Source of the DNA: an uncultured Acholeplasmataceae bacterium
GTDB lineage: Bacteria; Bacillota_I; Bacilli_A; Acholeplasmatales; Acholeplasmataceae
DNA: 64,000 nt
Direction: 5' to 3'
Assembly (NCBI GenBank): GCA_964444805.1
Contig: CAYUIK010000038.1
Coordinates: 1 to 64,000 of the forward strand
The position numbers were made by a program, and so were the translations under genes. Within the stretch, counting starts at the first letter, position 1. The number at the start of each line of letters is the position of its first letter. The notes under the pieces were generated by a model that worked only from the letters and a program-made list of their open reading frames with translations, was not told the DNA's origin and made no database searches. Below, in pieces: positions 39,184 to 48,911 of the stretch.

Positions 39184-39906
39184 ATGGGAACACTCATTAA
39201 TGTCGTCGCGATCGTTATCGCGACGTTCCTCGGACTCATTTTCAAAAAAGGCATACCGGATCGAATCCAAAAGGCGATCATGTTCGCTTTGGGGCTTGGT
39301 CTAGTCGCGGTTTCTATCGGCTGGTTTTTGCGTGATTTTCTCGTAATCGATGGAACATCGATCAAAACGGAAGGAGACCTTCTCGTTTTGTTGTCGCTCG
39401 TCATTGGCATGGTGATCGGTGAGAAAATCGATATCGATGCCCGTCTCAACGACTGGGCCCAAGGCATCGAGACGAAATACAAACTGCCTCCGCTAGCCAA
39501 AGGGTTTGTCGCGGGAACACTCATTTTTTGTGTTGGATCGATGGCGATTTTGGGAGCGTTGATGGATGGAATCAGCGGCGATCCCACGATTTTGATCGTC
39601 AAGAGTACGCTCGATTTCGTTACGGCGATGGTGCTCGCTTCCGTGTTCGGAATCGGGGTCGCTTTTTCCGCGCTTTCCGTTCTCGTCTATCAGGGCTCGA
39701 TTACGCTATTAGCCATGATTTCCGCCGACCTTTTCACGGCTGAGATTACACGAAGTCTCTCCATGGTCGGAAGTTTGTTGTTGATCGCCATGGGAATCAG
39801 CTTCATGGAAATCAAGCGCATCAAAGTCGCCAACATGTTGCCGGCCTTACTCGTTCCCATCGTCTATTATGGTTTCCTTTACGTGATTTCGTTATTCGGA
39901 GGGTAG
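39184..39906 (+). CDS. DUF554 (YqgA-like) membrane protein
   Basis: MGTLINVVAIVIATFLGLIF N-terminus typical of DUF554. The track ORF starts 30 nt earlier. Confidence 0.6.
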   Translation: MGTLINVVAIVIATFLGLIFKKGIPDRIQKAIMFALGLGLVAVSIGWFLRDFLVIDGTSIKTEGDLLVLLSLVIGMVIGEKIDIDARLNDWAQGIETKYKLPPLAKGFVAGTLIFCVGSMAILGALMDGISGDPTILIVKSTLDFVTAMVLASVFGIGVAFSALSVLVYQGSITLLAMISADLFTAEITRSLSMVGSLLLIAMGISFMEIKRIKVANMLPALLVPIVYYGFLYVISLFGG

Positions 39907-39909
39907 CTT

Positions 39910-40554
39910 ATGCGTGTTTCCTGCATCGTGTGTCAAAACGAAGCCAACAGCTTTACGCACCCACGAACCGGTGTTGTCTTTCATGCGTGTTCGAGGTGTT
40001 CGCTCATCTTTAAAGACCGATCGCATTTTCCCACCTTAGAAGAGGAACGCGCCGTCTATGAGAACCATGAGAACTCGATCGAGGATGTTCGATACGTCAA
40101 CTTTTTAAGAAACTTTTTGGAAGCTGCCGTCTATCCCTATAAAAAAAGGGGACGCGTACTCGATTTTGGAAGCGGGCCGAATCCAGTTCTAAAAGAGATT
40201 TTTGCAGCGGACGGAAACGATGACGTGACGATCTATGATGCGTTCTATGCGCCTAATGACAGTTACAAAAACAAGACGTATGACATCATCACGATGAGTG
40301 AAGTCATCGAACACCTTCATCGACCGAACGAGACGATCGCTTTGTTGTCGCGTTTGCTCGAACCGGGCGGGATTCTCGCGATCATGACGTTGTTCTATCC
40401 GACGGATCGCGATCGTTTTTTCGATTGGTTCTATATCCGGGATCCCAGTCATGTCGCTTTTTACCGACCGGATACGCTTTCCTTTATGGCGAAAAGGCAT
40501 GGTCTGACCATGATCGATACGAACGGATATCGTTATGCAACACTGAAAAAATGA
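39910..40554 (+). CDS. Class I SAM-dependent methyltransferase with N-terminal CxxC...CxxC zinc ribbon
   Basis: CIVCQNE...CSRCS, then motif I VLDFGSGPNPVL. Confidence 0.7.
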   Translation: MRVSCIVCQNEANSFTHPRTGVVFHACSRCSLIFKDRSHFPTLEEERAVYENHENSIEDVRYVNFLRNFLEAAVYPYKKRGRVLDFGSGPNPVLKEIFAADGNDDVTIYDAFYAPNDSYKNKTYDIITMSEVIEHLHRPNETIALLSRLLEPGGILAIMTLFYPTDRDRFFDWFYIRDPSHVAFYRPDTLSFMAKRHGLTMIDTNGYRYATLKK

Positions 40555-40566
40555 TGCTTGTCTCGT

Positions 40567-40818
40567 TTAGAGGGACTTGTGTGTCTGGTCGCAAAAAGGA
40601 GCATTTTTCGTTTTTTTACAGCCACAAAGCTTGTATGTCCCATCGGTTTCAACCGTGAATTTCTCGGGTATCATTCCCGTCCCCTTATGGCTGGACTTAT
40701 CACAAAACGGTTGGTTCGTGCTGTTCCCACAGCGACAATAAAGGTAGGGTTGGTTGGCTTTCAATTCGACGACATAGGGCTTTTTCTGAGGCATATTGGG
40801 TTCGTTCATGTTTGTCAC
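40567..40818 (-). CDS. CDGSH iron-sulfur domain protein (two CDGSH motifs)
   Basis: CRCGNSTNQPFCDKSSH and CGCKKTKNAPFCDQTH. Confidence 0.8.
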   Translation of the reverse strand: MTNMNEPNMPQKKPYVVELKANQPYLYCRCGNSTNQPFCDKSSHKGTGMIPEKFTVETDGTYKLCGCKKTKNAPFCDQTHKSL

Positions 40819-40891
40819 ATCCTTTCATCCATTATAACGTGGATCATATGAAATGACAAGATACCAAGGACGCAGAAATGAAAGAGGGTAT

Positions 40892-43315
40892 ATGATGACG
40901 ACAGGTGACGATAAAAAAAGAAAGATGAAAGCGGATATCGGCCAAAACGCTCGGACTCCCGCTTTCGAATCGATTCTGATGCGGATCGCGACCGAATTCA
41001 TCAATGTCGATCCCGAAGATTTTGACGAGGTCCTTAGCGACGCTTTCGAACTCGTCGGTCTCTTTTTTGACGTCGACCGGATCTACGTTTTCGAATACGA
41101 TTTTGTCAAACGAACGACATCGAATACCTATGAGTGGTGTAACCAGGGTATTTCCAAAGAAATCGACAATTTGAAAAATATACCGTTGACCGGCCTCTTT
41201 GATGACTGGGTTTCCTATCACATGAAAGGAGAACCGGTCAATATCAGTGATGTTTCAAAACTCGATCATAAGAGTCAAGTCTATCAAACGCTTGCTCCAC
41301 AAGGAATTATGTCGGTTTTGACGTTACCTTTAATCGATAAAAAGAATCTTCTCGGTTTTGTCGGATTCGATGACAATCGACGGACGCGTATATGGGACGA
41401 GCGCGAGTTTCAACTGCTCAAAGTGCTCGCGGAAATGATTACGAACATTTTGATCCGCCAGCAGATCGAAGCCGATCTGATTAAGGCGCGCGAGCAGGCC
41501 ATGAATGCGAATGAGGCACGAGGCAAGTTTCTCGCGAACATCAGCCACGAAATGCGGACACCGTTGAGTGGCATACACAACGCGATCTATTTGCTGCAAA
41601 CGACGCAGGCGTCATTCGAACAAAAACAATATCTCAAGATCGCTGAGACGTCGATCGAAACGCTCTCTGGTATCGTCAATGACGTCCTGGATCTTTCAAA
41701 GATCGATGCGGGAAAGATGGATGTGTTCAATGAGACATTCGATATCGAAGAAGAACTCGTCAAAGTTCTTACGATGCAAGCGTATCAAGCAGCGGAAAAA
41801 GGACTTGATCTAACCCTCGATTTTGATTATGGAATCGATTTCGAAGTCATCGGCGACGTGCAAAAGTTTCGTCAGATCGTTTTAAACATTTTGAGTAACG
41901 CGGTTAAGTACACGGAAAAAGGCTTCGTTCATGTCCGAGTTGATCACGAGGATCGCGGGTCGACGATCGACCTTACCGTCACGATCCAAGATAGCGGTAT
42001 CGGCATTGCGAAAGAGGATCATGAACGTATTTTTGAACTCTTTTATCGGAGTCCTTCGCAGTTGTCGCGTGACCATAGGGGGAGCGGCTTGGGATTACCG
42101 ATTACGCATGAATTCATCAAACTCCTGGGCGGAAAACTCAATGTCGAAAGCGACCATGGCTCGGGAAGTACGTTTCAAGTCGATCTGACGTTCGTCAAAG
42201 GCAAGCGGCATGATTTTTTGCAAAACAATATCTTTACGGCCGTTGTCTATGACGAAGAACGTTTTTCAACGACATGCCAACATATCTTTGCGAGTATCGG
42301 ATTCCGTTTGATCAAGAAGTCGAGTCAGGCACCACGAAAAGTTGACGTGATCATTGTCAACACGCCGCTTCGAAACGAAGCAGATCTCAATACAATCAAA
42401 AGCACGTACGCCAAAGACGATACCTTGATCATTACGAGTTGTCACGGCCCCACGGAAGGTCTTAAAAGTATTGATCTCTACTTCGAGTATCCGATCGCCC
42501 GGAAGACGATCCATGAAAGACTGATGCGAGCTCGCGATGACAAGCGTATCGAGGTCGAATCAACCCCTCACCTAAAACGAAGGGGGAACGTGTTGATCGT
42601 CGATGACAACTTTACCAATCGCCTGGCCTTAAGCCGGATCCTTTTGAAACATGGTTATTCGAACAAGCACGTCGAAAGCGGGAAGGAAGCGATCGAAGAA
42701 GTCCGCAGGAACGCATATGATGTCATATTGATGGACATTCAAATGCCAGGACTCGACGGATATGAGACGGCAAAGCACATACGTGCGCTCGGAGAGAAAG
42801 GCAAGAGGATACCGATTATCGCGGTTACGGCCAATATTTTCGCGGATGATGCGGCCTTGATTTCTCGATCCGGTATGAATGGTATCCTTCATAAACCGAT
42901 TCAAGTGGATCGCGTCCTCATGGAACTCGATCATCACATGGAAAAGATTCACATGTTCGACGTGCCCGAGGACGTGCCGATCTTTGATCAGCAGGATTTT
43001 CAACGACTGTACGAAGGAAGCGACGACATCGGTTCACAGGTAATCATGCGTTTTCTCGAAGATGTCGATCGTGATCTTGCCGCGATCGAAAAGACCTTCA
43101 TCAACAAAAACGACGCGGAAATCTATCGTGCGCTCCACTATTTCAAGGGGTCGGTCGGCTATGTTTCGGGTAGGCGCGTTATGTGGCTTTTAAACCGTAT
43201 GCTCGCGCAAACGAGCGAACATGATGTGCGTGTCTTCGATCGTCTGCGAAAAGCGTTCAAACAAGAAGTCGAAATGCTCAAAGAACGGTTGAAAGCACGG
43301 GTGACCCGCGATTAA
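40892..43315 (+). CDS. Hybrid sensor histidine kinase: GAF, HisKA, HATPase, REC and C-terminal HPt
   Basis: H-box SHEMRTPL; HATPase N/G boxes (LSNAVKYTEKG, DSGIGI, GSGLGL); REC with DIQMPGLDG; HPt-like C-terminus (LHYFKGSVGY). Confidence 0.85.
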   Translation: MMTTGDDKKRKMKADIGQNARTPAFESILMRIATEFINVDPEDFDEVLSDAFELVGLFFDVDRIYVFEYDFVKRTTSNTYEWCNQGISKEIDNLKNIPLTGLFDDWVSYHMKGEPVNISDVSKLDHKSQVYQTLAPQGIMSVLTLPLIDKKNLLGFVGFDDNRRTRIWDEREFQLLKVLAEMITNILIRQQIEADLIKAREQAMNANEARGKFLANISHEMRTPLSGIHNAIYLLQTTQASFEQKQYLKIAETSIETLSGIVNDVLDLSKIDAGKMDVFNETFDIEEELVKVLTMQAYQAAEKGLDLTLDFDYGIDFEVIGDVQKFRQIVLNILSNAVKYTEKGFVHVRVDHEDRGSTIDLTVTIQDSGIGIAKEDHERIFELFYRSPSQLSRDHRGSGLGLPITHEFIKLLGGKLNVESDHGSGSTFQVDLTFVKGKRHDFLQNNIFTAVVYDEERFSTTCQHIFASIGFRLIKKSSQAPRKVDVIIVNTPLRNEADLNTIKSTYAKDDTLIITSCHGPTEGLKSIDLYFEYPIARKTIHERLMRARDDKRIEVESTPHLKRRGNVLIVDDNFTNRLALSRILLKHGYSNKHVESGKEAIEEVRRNAYDVILMDIQMPGLDGYETAKHIRALGEKGKRIPIIAVTANIFADDAALISRSGMNGILHKPIQVDRVLMELDHHMEKIHMFDVPEDVPIFDQQDFQRLYEGSDDIGSQVIMRFLEDVDRDLAAIEKTFINKNDAEIYRALHYFKGSVGYVSGRRVMWLLNRMLAQTSEHDVRVFDRLRKAFKQEVEMLKERLKARVTRD

Positions 43316-43374
43316 GCATCCATAAAGCACGATTGTTTAAAGATGTGATAGACTTATAAGTGAGGTGATCGGAC

Positions 43375-43815
43375 ATGAATAAGGACAAAAAGGATTTAAA
43401 GAAGCGACTGACCAAAACACAGTACCACGTGACCCAGGAAAATGGAACGGAACCCCCGTTTGAGAACGCGTATTGGGACCATGACGAAGAAGGACTCTAC
43501 GTCGATATCGTGTCGGGCGAACCGCTATTCTCGAGCCTTGACAAGTTTGACAGCAGTTGTGGGTGGCCGAGTTTCAGCGATTCCTTGAAAAAACTCGAAT
43601 TAAAGGAAGACAGAAGCTTGGGAATGATTCGCACGGAAGTCCGAAGCAAAGAAGCCGATAGCCACCTTGGACACCTGTTCAATGACGGACCCATCGATCG
43701 AGGAGGACTAAGGTATTGCATAAACTCGGCTGCCTTGCGTTTTATTCCGGTCGATGAACTCGAAAAGGAAGGATATGGCGCTTACCTCGCCCTATTTGCG
43801 CATCATGAACAATAG
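43375..43815 (+). CDS. msrB: Peptide-methionine (R)-S-oxide reductase
   Basis: SelR signature (CGWPSF...[10 protein letters not shown]). Confidence 0.85.
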   Translation: MNKDKKDLKKRLTKTQYHVTQENGTEPPFENAYWDHDEEGLYVDIVSGEPLFSSLDKFDSSCGWPSFSDSLKKLELKEDRSLGMIRTEVRSKEADSHLGHLFNDGPIDRGGLRYCINSAALRFIPVDELEKEGYGAYLALFAHHEQ

Positions 43816-44716
43816 ACGGACATATCCGATCGATCCCGAACTAAAAGCATTGAATGTGCTCGGGTTCAAACAATTTTCGCACGCCAGAATACATAGCATG
43901 AATGTCTTTTTACGTATCACGGTCTTTTTTAGCGCGTTGAGTTTCCGCTACAAAGTCAAGTCGTTTCGCATCGGAAACAAGCGTCACATCAAAGTCAGAC
44001 ACTTTCGCAAGCGCGGCATTCAACAACCACAACCTTGCGTAATATTCATCCATGGAGGAGCTTTCAAGTTCGAAGGAACACCCATGCACATCAGGCAAAT
44101 AAAGACGATTGTGGAAGAAACGGGGTATTCCGTTTTAGACGTCCGCTATCGTCTCGCTTTGAAACACCCGTTTCCATCAGGTCTCGAGGATTGTTATGAG
44201 GCGTTATTGTGGCTCGAGCAAAATCGCAAAGCGTTGCGCGTTACACAGATCTACGTCTATGGTGACAGCGCCGGAGGAAATCTCGCAACAGCGCTGACGT
44301 TGCTCGCTCGCGACCGGAAGGGCCCAAAGATCGCTAAGCAGGTGCTCATCTATCCGGTCATCGACCACGAACAAAAGACGGATTCGATCAAAAAATATGT
44401 GGATACCCCCGTATGGAACAGCGTCCACAACAAGGTGATGTGGGAAGACTATCTGCGAGAGGGAACGAAGGGTATGTTGCCATACGCTTCGCCTAATCGA
44501 GCCGATCTGAAGGGGTTGCCACCGGCATACGTCGAGACGGCGGAATTCGATTGTCTTAGGGATGAGGCCAAGGACTATGCCAAGGCTCTAAAGGCGGCTT
44601 CTGTCCATGTTGAAGAAAACCATACGAAGGCGACGGTTCATGGGTTCGACTTAATCAAACGGGCGCGTGTCACGCGAGAAGCGATCGATGCGCGAATCCG
44701 TTTCCTCAAATCTTGA
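43805..44716 (+). CDS. Alpha/beta hydrolase, HSL-type esterase/lipase
   Basis: HGGAF oxyanion motif and GDSAGGNLA nucleophile elbow. Start chosen at the ATG overlapping the msrB stop (track ORF starts at 43754 inside msrB); it could lie further downstream. Confidence 0.7.
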   Translation: MNNRRTYPIDPELKALNVLGFKQFSHARIHSMNVFLRITVFFSALSFRYKVKSFRIGNKRHIKVRHFRKRGIQQPQPCVIFIHGGAFKFEGTPMHIRQIKTIVEETGYSVLDVRYRLALKHPFPSGLEDCYEALLWLEQNRKALRVTQIYVYGDSAGGNLATALTLLARDRKGPKIAKQVLIYPVIDHEQKTDSIKKYVDTPVWNSVHNKVMWEDYLREGTKGMLPYASPNRADLKGLPPAYVETAEFDCLRDEAKDYAKALKAASVHVEENHTKATVHGFDLIKRARVTREAIDARIRFLKS

Positions 44717-45083
44717 GACGACATGAACGATCAAGGGATATCTGGACGGGTATCTCTTTTCTTTTTTTATAAAATGTCTTTACCAAGCGATATATACACG
44801 ATAATTAGAGGTTATGGAATCGTCGTCAATTTTCGTTTCCGATCAAAATCAAACGCGTAATATTTGGAAACGAAACGAAAAAAGCGAATCGAGCAAGCGA
44901 CTTACGTACCTTCTCTTTATGGTTTCGTTTGCGAGGATTTCGTTTGTTAGACAAGGCAAACAACTTAAGATAAGAGGGTTTTCCAAGGTTTGAAAAGAAA
45001 AGATGAGATTAAGGGATTACAAACGATTTTCGTTGTGTTATAATATGAGTGTAAGCGCTTTTAAAATATGAAGGGAGAACAGT

Positions 45084-46163
45084 ATGGGTAACTTCGATCA
45101 TTTCAAGTACATGGAAAAACACCGGTACGAGCAGATCGTCTATTTTTATGATAAGACGACGGGTTTAAAAGGAATTACAGCCATTCATAACACCACATTA
45201 GGGCCAGCCCTTGGTGGCACGAGACTGTGGAATTATGCGTGTGAGGACGACGCCGTTCTCGATTGTCTAAGACTAGCACGGGGTATGACTTACAAGGCTG
45301 CCGCCGCTGGATTGAACCTAGGTGGGGGAAAGACGGTTTTAATCGGTGACGCGAACACCGTTAAAACAGAAGCGTATTTCCGCGCACTCGGACGTTACGT
45401 ACAATCCTTGAACGGACGCTATATTACGGCGGAGGATATCAATACGTCGACGAGCGACATGGATTTCGTCAAAATGGAAACCGACTATGTCGTCGGACTC
45501 GAGGGTAAATCGGGTAATCCGTCGCCCATGACAGCACTCGGTGCCTTTTATGGGATCAAGGCCTCTCTTAAGTACAAGTTTGACGATGAAAGTGTTTCGA
45601 ACTATACATTTGCCGTTCAAGGTGCCGGACAGACCGGATACTATCTCGTGAAGTATTTACTTGAAGCACATGCTAAGAAAGTCTATTTCACGGAAATCAA
45701 TGACAAGCACATCGCGCGCATGAAGAAAGAACACCCGGAAGTCGAGTTCATCGAACCGGATCAGATCTTCGAAGCGGATGTCGACGTCTTCGTACCATGT
45801 GCACTCGGCGGCATGCTCGATGACGTGACGATTCCGAAATTGAAGGCCAAAGTCGTCGCGGGTACCGCGAACAATGTCCTCTTTGATGACGATACGCACG
45901 GCAAGATGCTCAAGGATCGCGACATTCTCTATGCGCCGGATTTCGTTATCAACGCCGGCGGATTGATCAACGTTTACCACGAACTCAAGTCCTATGACAA
46001 GGATACCGCGAAGCGTGATATTCAACGCATCTACGATCGATTGCTCGAAATCTTCACGATTGCCGATCAGGAAGACATTCATACGCAACAAGCAGCGAAA
46101 GTGTTCGCCAAGAAACGCATTGAGACGATTAACCGCTTGCATGACAACTACATAAAACGTTAA
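45084..46163 (+). CDS. Glu/Leu/Phe/Val dehydrogenase family, leucine-dehydrogenase-like (359 aa)
   Basis: GGTRLW, GLNLGGGK catalytic Lys region, AGQTGYYL NAD(P) Rossmann. The size fits Bcd-type leucine/valine/phenylalanine dehydrogenases. Confidence 0.8.
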   Translation: MGNFDHFKYMEKHRYEQIVYFYDKTTGLKGITAIHNTTLGPALGGTRLWNYACEDDAVLDCLRLARGMTYKAAAAGLNLGGGKTVLIGDANTVKTEAYFRALGRYVQSLNGRYITAEDINTSTSDMDFVKMETDYVVGLEGKSGNPSPMTALGAFYGIKASLKYKFDDESVSNYTFAVQGAGQTGYYLVKYLLEAHAKKVYFTEINDKHIARMKKEHPEVEFIEPDQIFEADVDVFVPCALGGMLDDVTIPKLKAKVVAGTANNVLFDDDTHGKMLKDRDILYAPDFVINAGGLINVYHELKSYDKDTAKRDIQRIYDRLLEIFTIADQEDIHTQQAAKVFAKKRIETINRLHDNYIKR

Positions 46164-46180
46164 GAGAAAGAAGTGATAAT

Positions 46181-46408
46181 TTGAAAAAAAAGGGAAGACT
46201 GACATTCAATGACGAAGCCTGCAAGGGCTGTGGACTGTGTGTCGCCTTTTGTCCGGTAAACATTCTATCGCTCGACCCAGAGCGTATCAATAGTTCGGGC
46301 TACAATCTCATATCGGTAAGCGATATGGATCGGTGCATTGGTTGTGCGCATTGCGCGATCATCTGTCCAGATTCCGTCATCAAAGTTGAGGTGATCGACA
46401 ATGAGTAA
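46181..46408 (+). CDS. 2x[4Fe-4S] ferredoxin (delta subunit of 2-oxoacid:ferredoxin oxidoreductase)
   Basis: CKGCGLCVAFCP and CIGCAHCAIICP. TTG start. Confidence 0.75.
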   Translation: MKKKGRLTFNDEACKGCGLCVAFCPVNILSLDPERINSSGYNLISVSDMDRCIGCAHCAIICPDSVIKVEVIDNE

Positions 46409-47471
46409 AGTGTTGATGAAAGGTAATGAAGCGATCGCTTTAGCAGCTATTAAGGCGGATTGTGATGCATTCTTCGGTTATCCGATTACGCCACAAAACG
46501 AAGTTCCGGAATACTTGTCGAAACACCTGGTAGAAGCAGGAAAAGTATTCGTACAAGCCGAATCCGAAGTCGCGGCGATCAACATGGTTTATGGCGCCGC
46601 CGGTGCCGGTGCGCGCGTCATGACGTCCTCATCATCGGTGGGTATCGCGCTCAAACAGGAAGGAATCAGTTATATCGCCGGTTCGGAGTTGCCGTGTCTG
46701 ATCGTATCCGTCATGCGAGGCGGACCGGGATTAGGCGGGATTGCTCCCGCTCAAGGTGATTACAACCAGGCGACGCGCGGAGGCGGAAACGGTGATTACA
46801 ATGTCATCGTCATCGCACCGGAATCGATTCAAGAAACGGTTGATTACATCAAGGAAGGTTTCGAGATCGCTGAGATCTATCGAAATCCGGTGATGATCTT
46901 GGTCGACGGACTCATTGGACAGATGATGGAATCGATTGAAATCGATCGTCCATACAACAAGAGAACGATTCCACCGAAGACGTATGCATCCAACGGAACG
47001 GACCGGCACGAAGGTAGAAATATCATCAATAGCGTCCATTTGGACCCTTTGAAACTCGAAGAACACAACAAGAACCTGCAGAAGAAATATCGTCAAGTCA
47101 TTGAAAACGAAATCAAAGTTGAAACGATCGATTTGGACGATGCCGAATATGTCATCGTTGCCTATGGAACGTCCGCACGTATCGCCCGCTCATCGATGGA
47201 AATGCTCAAGGAACAGGGAATCAAGGTCGGGATGATCCGACCGATTACGCTTTGGCCTTTTCCCTATCGTATCTTTGACCAAATACCCGCAACATGCAAG
47301 GGAATTATGGTTTTCGAAATGAGTATGGGTCAGATGGTTGATGACGTTCTGATCGCGAATCAGGGCCGGTTCAAGATATCGTTTTATGGTCGTTCAGGTG
47401 GTGTTGTTCCGGAACCGGAAGAACTCGTCGACGCGGTCACATCATTCGAAGATTGGGCGGTGAAACGATGA
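46401..47471 (+). CDS. 2-oxoacid:ferredoxin oxidoreductase alpha subunit (VorA/PorA/KorA-type)
   Basis: MKGNEAIALAAIKAD...GYPITPQNEV N-terminus typical of alpha subunits. Overlaps delta by 8 nt. Confidence 0.8.
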   Translation: MSKVLMKGNEAIALAAIKADCDAFFGYPITPQNEVPEYLSKHLVEAGKVFVQAESEVAAINMVYGAAGAGARVMTSSSSVGIALKQEGISYIAGSELPCLIVSVMRGGPGLGGIAPAQGDYNQATRGGGNGDYNVIVIAPESIQETVDYIKEGFEIAEIYRNPVMILVDGLIGQMMESIEIDRPYNKRTIPPKTYASNGTDRHEGRNIINSVHLDPLKLEEHNKNLQKKYRQVIENEIKVETIDLDDAEYVIVAYGTSARIARSSMEMLKEQGIKVGMIRPITLWPFPYRIFDQIPATCKGIMVFEMSMGQMVDDVLIANQGRFKISFYGRSGGVVPEPEELVDAVTSFEDWAVKR

Positions 47472-48208
47472 TCCGTTATGAAAAAACGAAAGGTCTAACC
47501 GATCTGAAGACACATTATTGTCCCGGCTGTACCCATGGTATTCTCCATAAACTCGTAGCTGAAGTGCTCGAAGAACTCGGGCTTCTCGGACAAACCGTCG
47601 GGGTTTCTTCGGTTGGTTGTTCGGTCTTCAGTTACGAATACTTCAATTGTGACATGCAGGAAGCCGCACACGGACGAGCCTGTGCGGTAGCGACGGGAAT
47701 CAAGCGCGTCCTACCCGATCGGACCGTCTTTACCTATCAAGGTGATGGCGATCTCGCTTCGATCGGAATTGCCGAAACCGTCCACGCGGCCAATCGCGGG
47801 GAAAACATCACGGTCATCTTCGCCAATAATGCGACTTACGGCATGACGGGTGGACAGATGGCACCAACGACGCTCGTTGACCAAGTAACGACGACGTCGC
47901 AGGAGGGTCGAAATACCGCTCAACACGGTCATCCGATTCGCGTTTCCGAGATGTTGGCGACGCTCGATGGCGCTGCCTATATCGAACGCGTTTCACTCTA
48001 TAATCCGCAACACGTCATCAAAGCGAAAAAAGCGATCAAAAAAGCGTTCACGTACCAACAGGAAAAGCGTGGATTCACGATGATCGAAGTCCTTTCCACC
48101 TGTCCAGTGAACTGGCATATGAATCCCAAGGATGCCCTCGACTGGTCCCATGAACACCTGGAGCCCTTTTATCCTCTCGGTGTCTATAAGGATGTGATGA
48201 AGACATGA
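47468..48208 (+). CDS. 2-oxoacid:ferredoxin oxidoreductase beta subunit (TPP-binding)
   Basis: CPGCTHG and GDGD TPP-binding motifs. ATGA overlap with alpha. Confidence 0.8.
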   Translation: MIRYEKTKGLTDLKTHYCPGCTHGILHKLVAEVLEELGLLGQTVGVSSVGCSVFSYEYFNCDMQEAAHGRACAVATGIKRVLPDRTVFTYQGDGDLASIGIAETVHAANRGENITVIFANNATYGMTGGQMAPTTLVDQVTTTSQEGRNTAQHGHPIRVSEMLATLDGAAYIERVSLYNPQHVIKAKKAIKKAFTYQQEKRGFTMIEVLSTCPVNWHMNPKDALDWSHEHLEPFYPLGVYKDVMKT

Positions 48209-48744
48209 TACGCACGATTAGAATCGCCGGTTTCGGTGGTCAGGGTGTCATGCTGACCGGTCAGTTGCTCGCCTATGCAGCAACGAAACAGGGTCTCTAC
48301 AGCATTTGGGTGCCCACGTACGGACCGGAAACCCGCGGAGGAACCGCGAACTGTGCGGTAACGATCAGTGACCAGCCGATCTTTTCTCCCGTGTTCAAAG
48401 ATTCCGATGACCTCATGGTGTTCAATCTTCCATCCTATCAAAAGTTTAAGGATCGGGTCAAGGATGAAGGGAATCTCTTCTACAATGCTTCTCTGATCGA
48501 CGAGGACGTTTCATCCGGTCATGCGCATGTTTTCGGTATACCGATGAGCGAAGAAGCCATTCGACTCGGTAAGCCTCAAGTCGCGAATATGGTGATGCTC
48601 GGGGCATACTTGAAGCGTGTCGGTCTTTTCAAGGATGACGTCATTTTAGATTCGCTTTTGAATTTGCTCGGATCTAAGAAAAAGGATATGCTCGAGGTCA
48701 ATCGGCGTGCGCTCGAAAAGGGGCGCGCATTCATTGACGCTTAG
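48205..48744 (+). CDS. 2-oxoacid:ferredoxin oxidoreductase gamma subunit
   Basis: IAGFGGQGVMLTGQLLA, typical of gamma subunits. ATGA overlap with beta. Confidence 0.8.
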   Translation: MIRTIRIAGFGGQGVMLTGQLLAYAATKQGLYSIWVPTYGPETRGGTANCAVTISDQPIFSPVFKDSDDLMVFNLPSYQKFKDRVKDEGNLFYNASLIDEDVSSGHAHVFGIPMSEEAIRLGKPQVANMVMLGAYLKRVGLFKDDVILDSLLNLLGSKKKDMLEVNRRALEKGRAFIDA

Positions 48745-48911
48745 GTAAAAAGGAAGAAGAACTCGCCTCGTGCGCGTTCTTTTTTTATGTCAGAAAAGAA
48801 ATTGGTTCGTATCGAACAAAAATGCCAGATTTTTTACTTAAACATCGTCATAATCGTGCTATAATGGGTATAAACTGAGCAGTAAAAATCATCATGAACA
48901 AGGGAGAACAT

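Noticed and set aside
43754-43815. Lipase ORF in the track begins inside msrB
   Set aside because: The 5' extension overlaps msrB in another frame. The start was re-assigned to the ATG at the msrB stop; the first ~17 codons of the track ORF are not believed.
44717-45083. T-box or other riboswitch upstream of the leucine-dehydrogenase operon
   Set aside because: No AGGGTGGNACCGCG T-box core or specifier-loop architecture was found. The region is better explained by repeated TTTCGTT protein-binding motifs.
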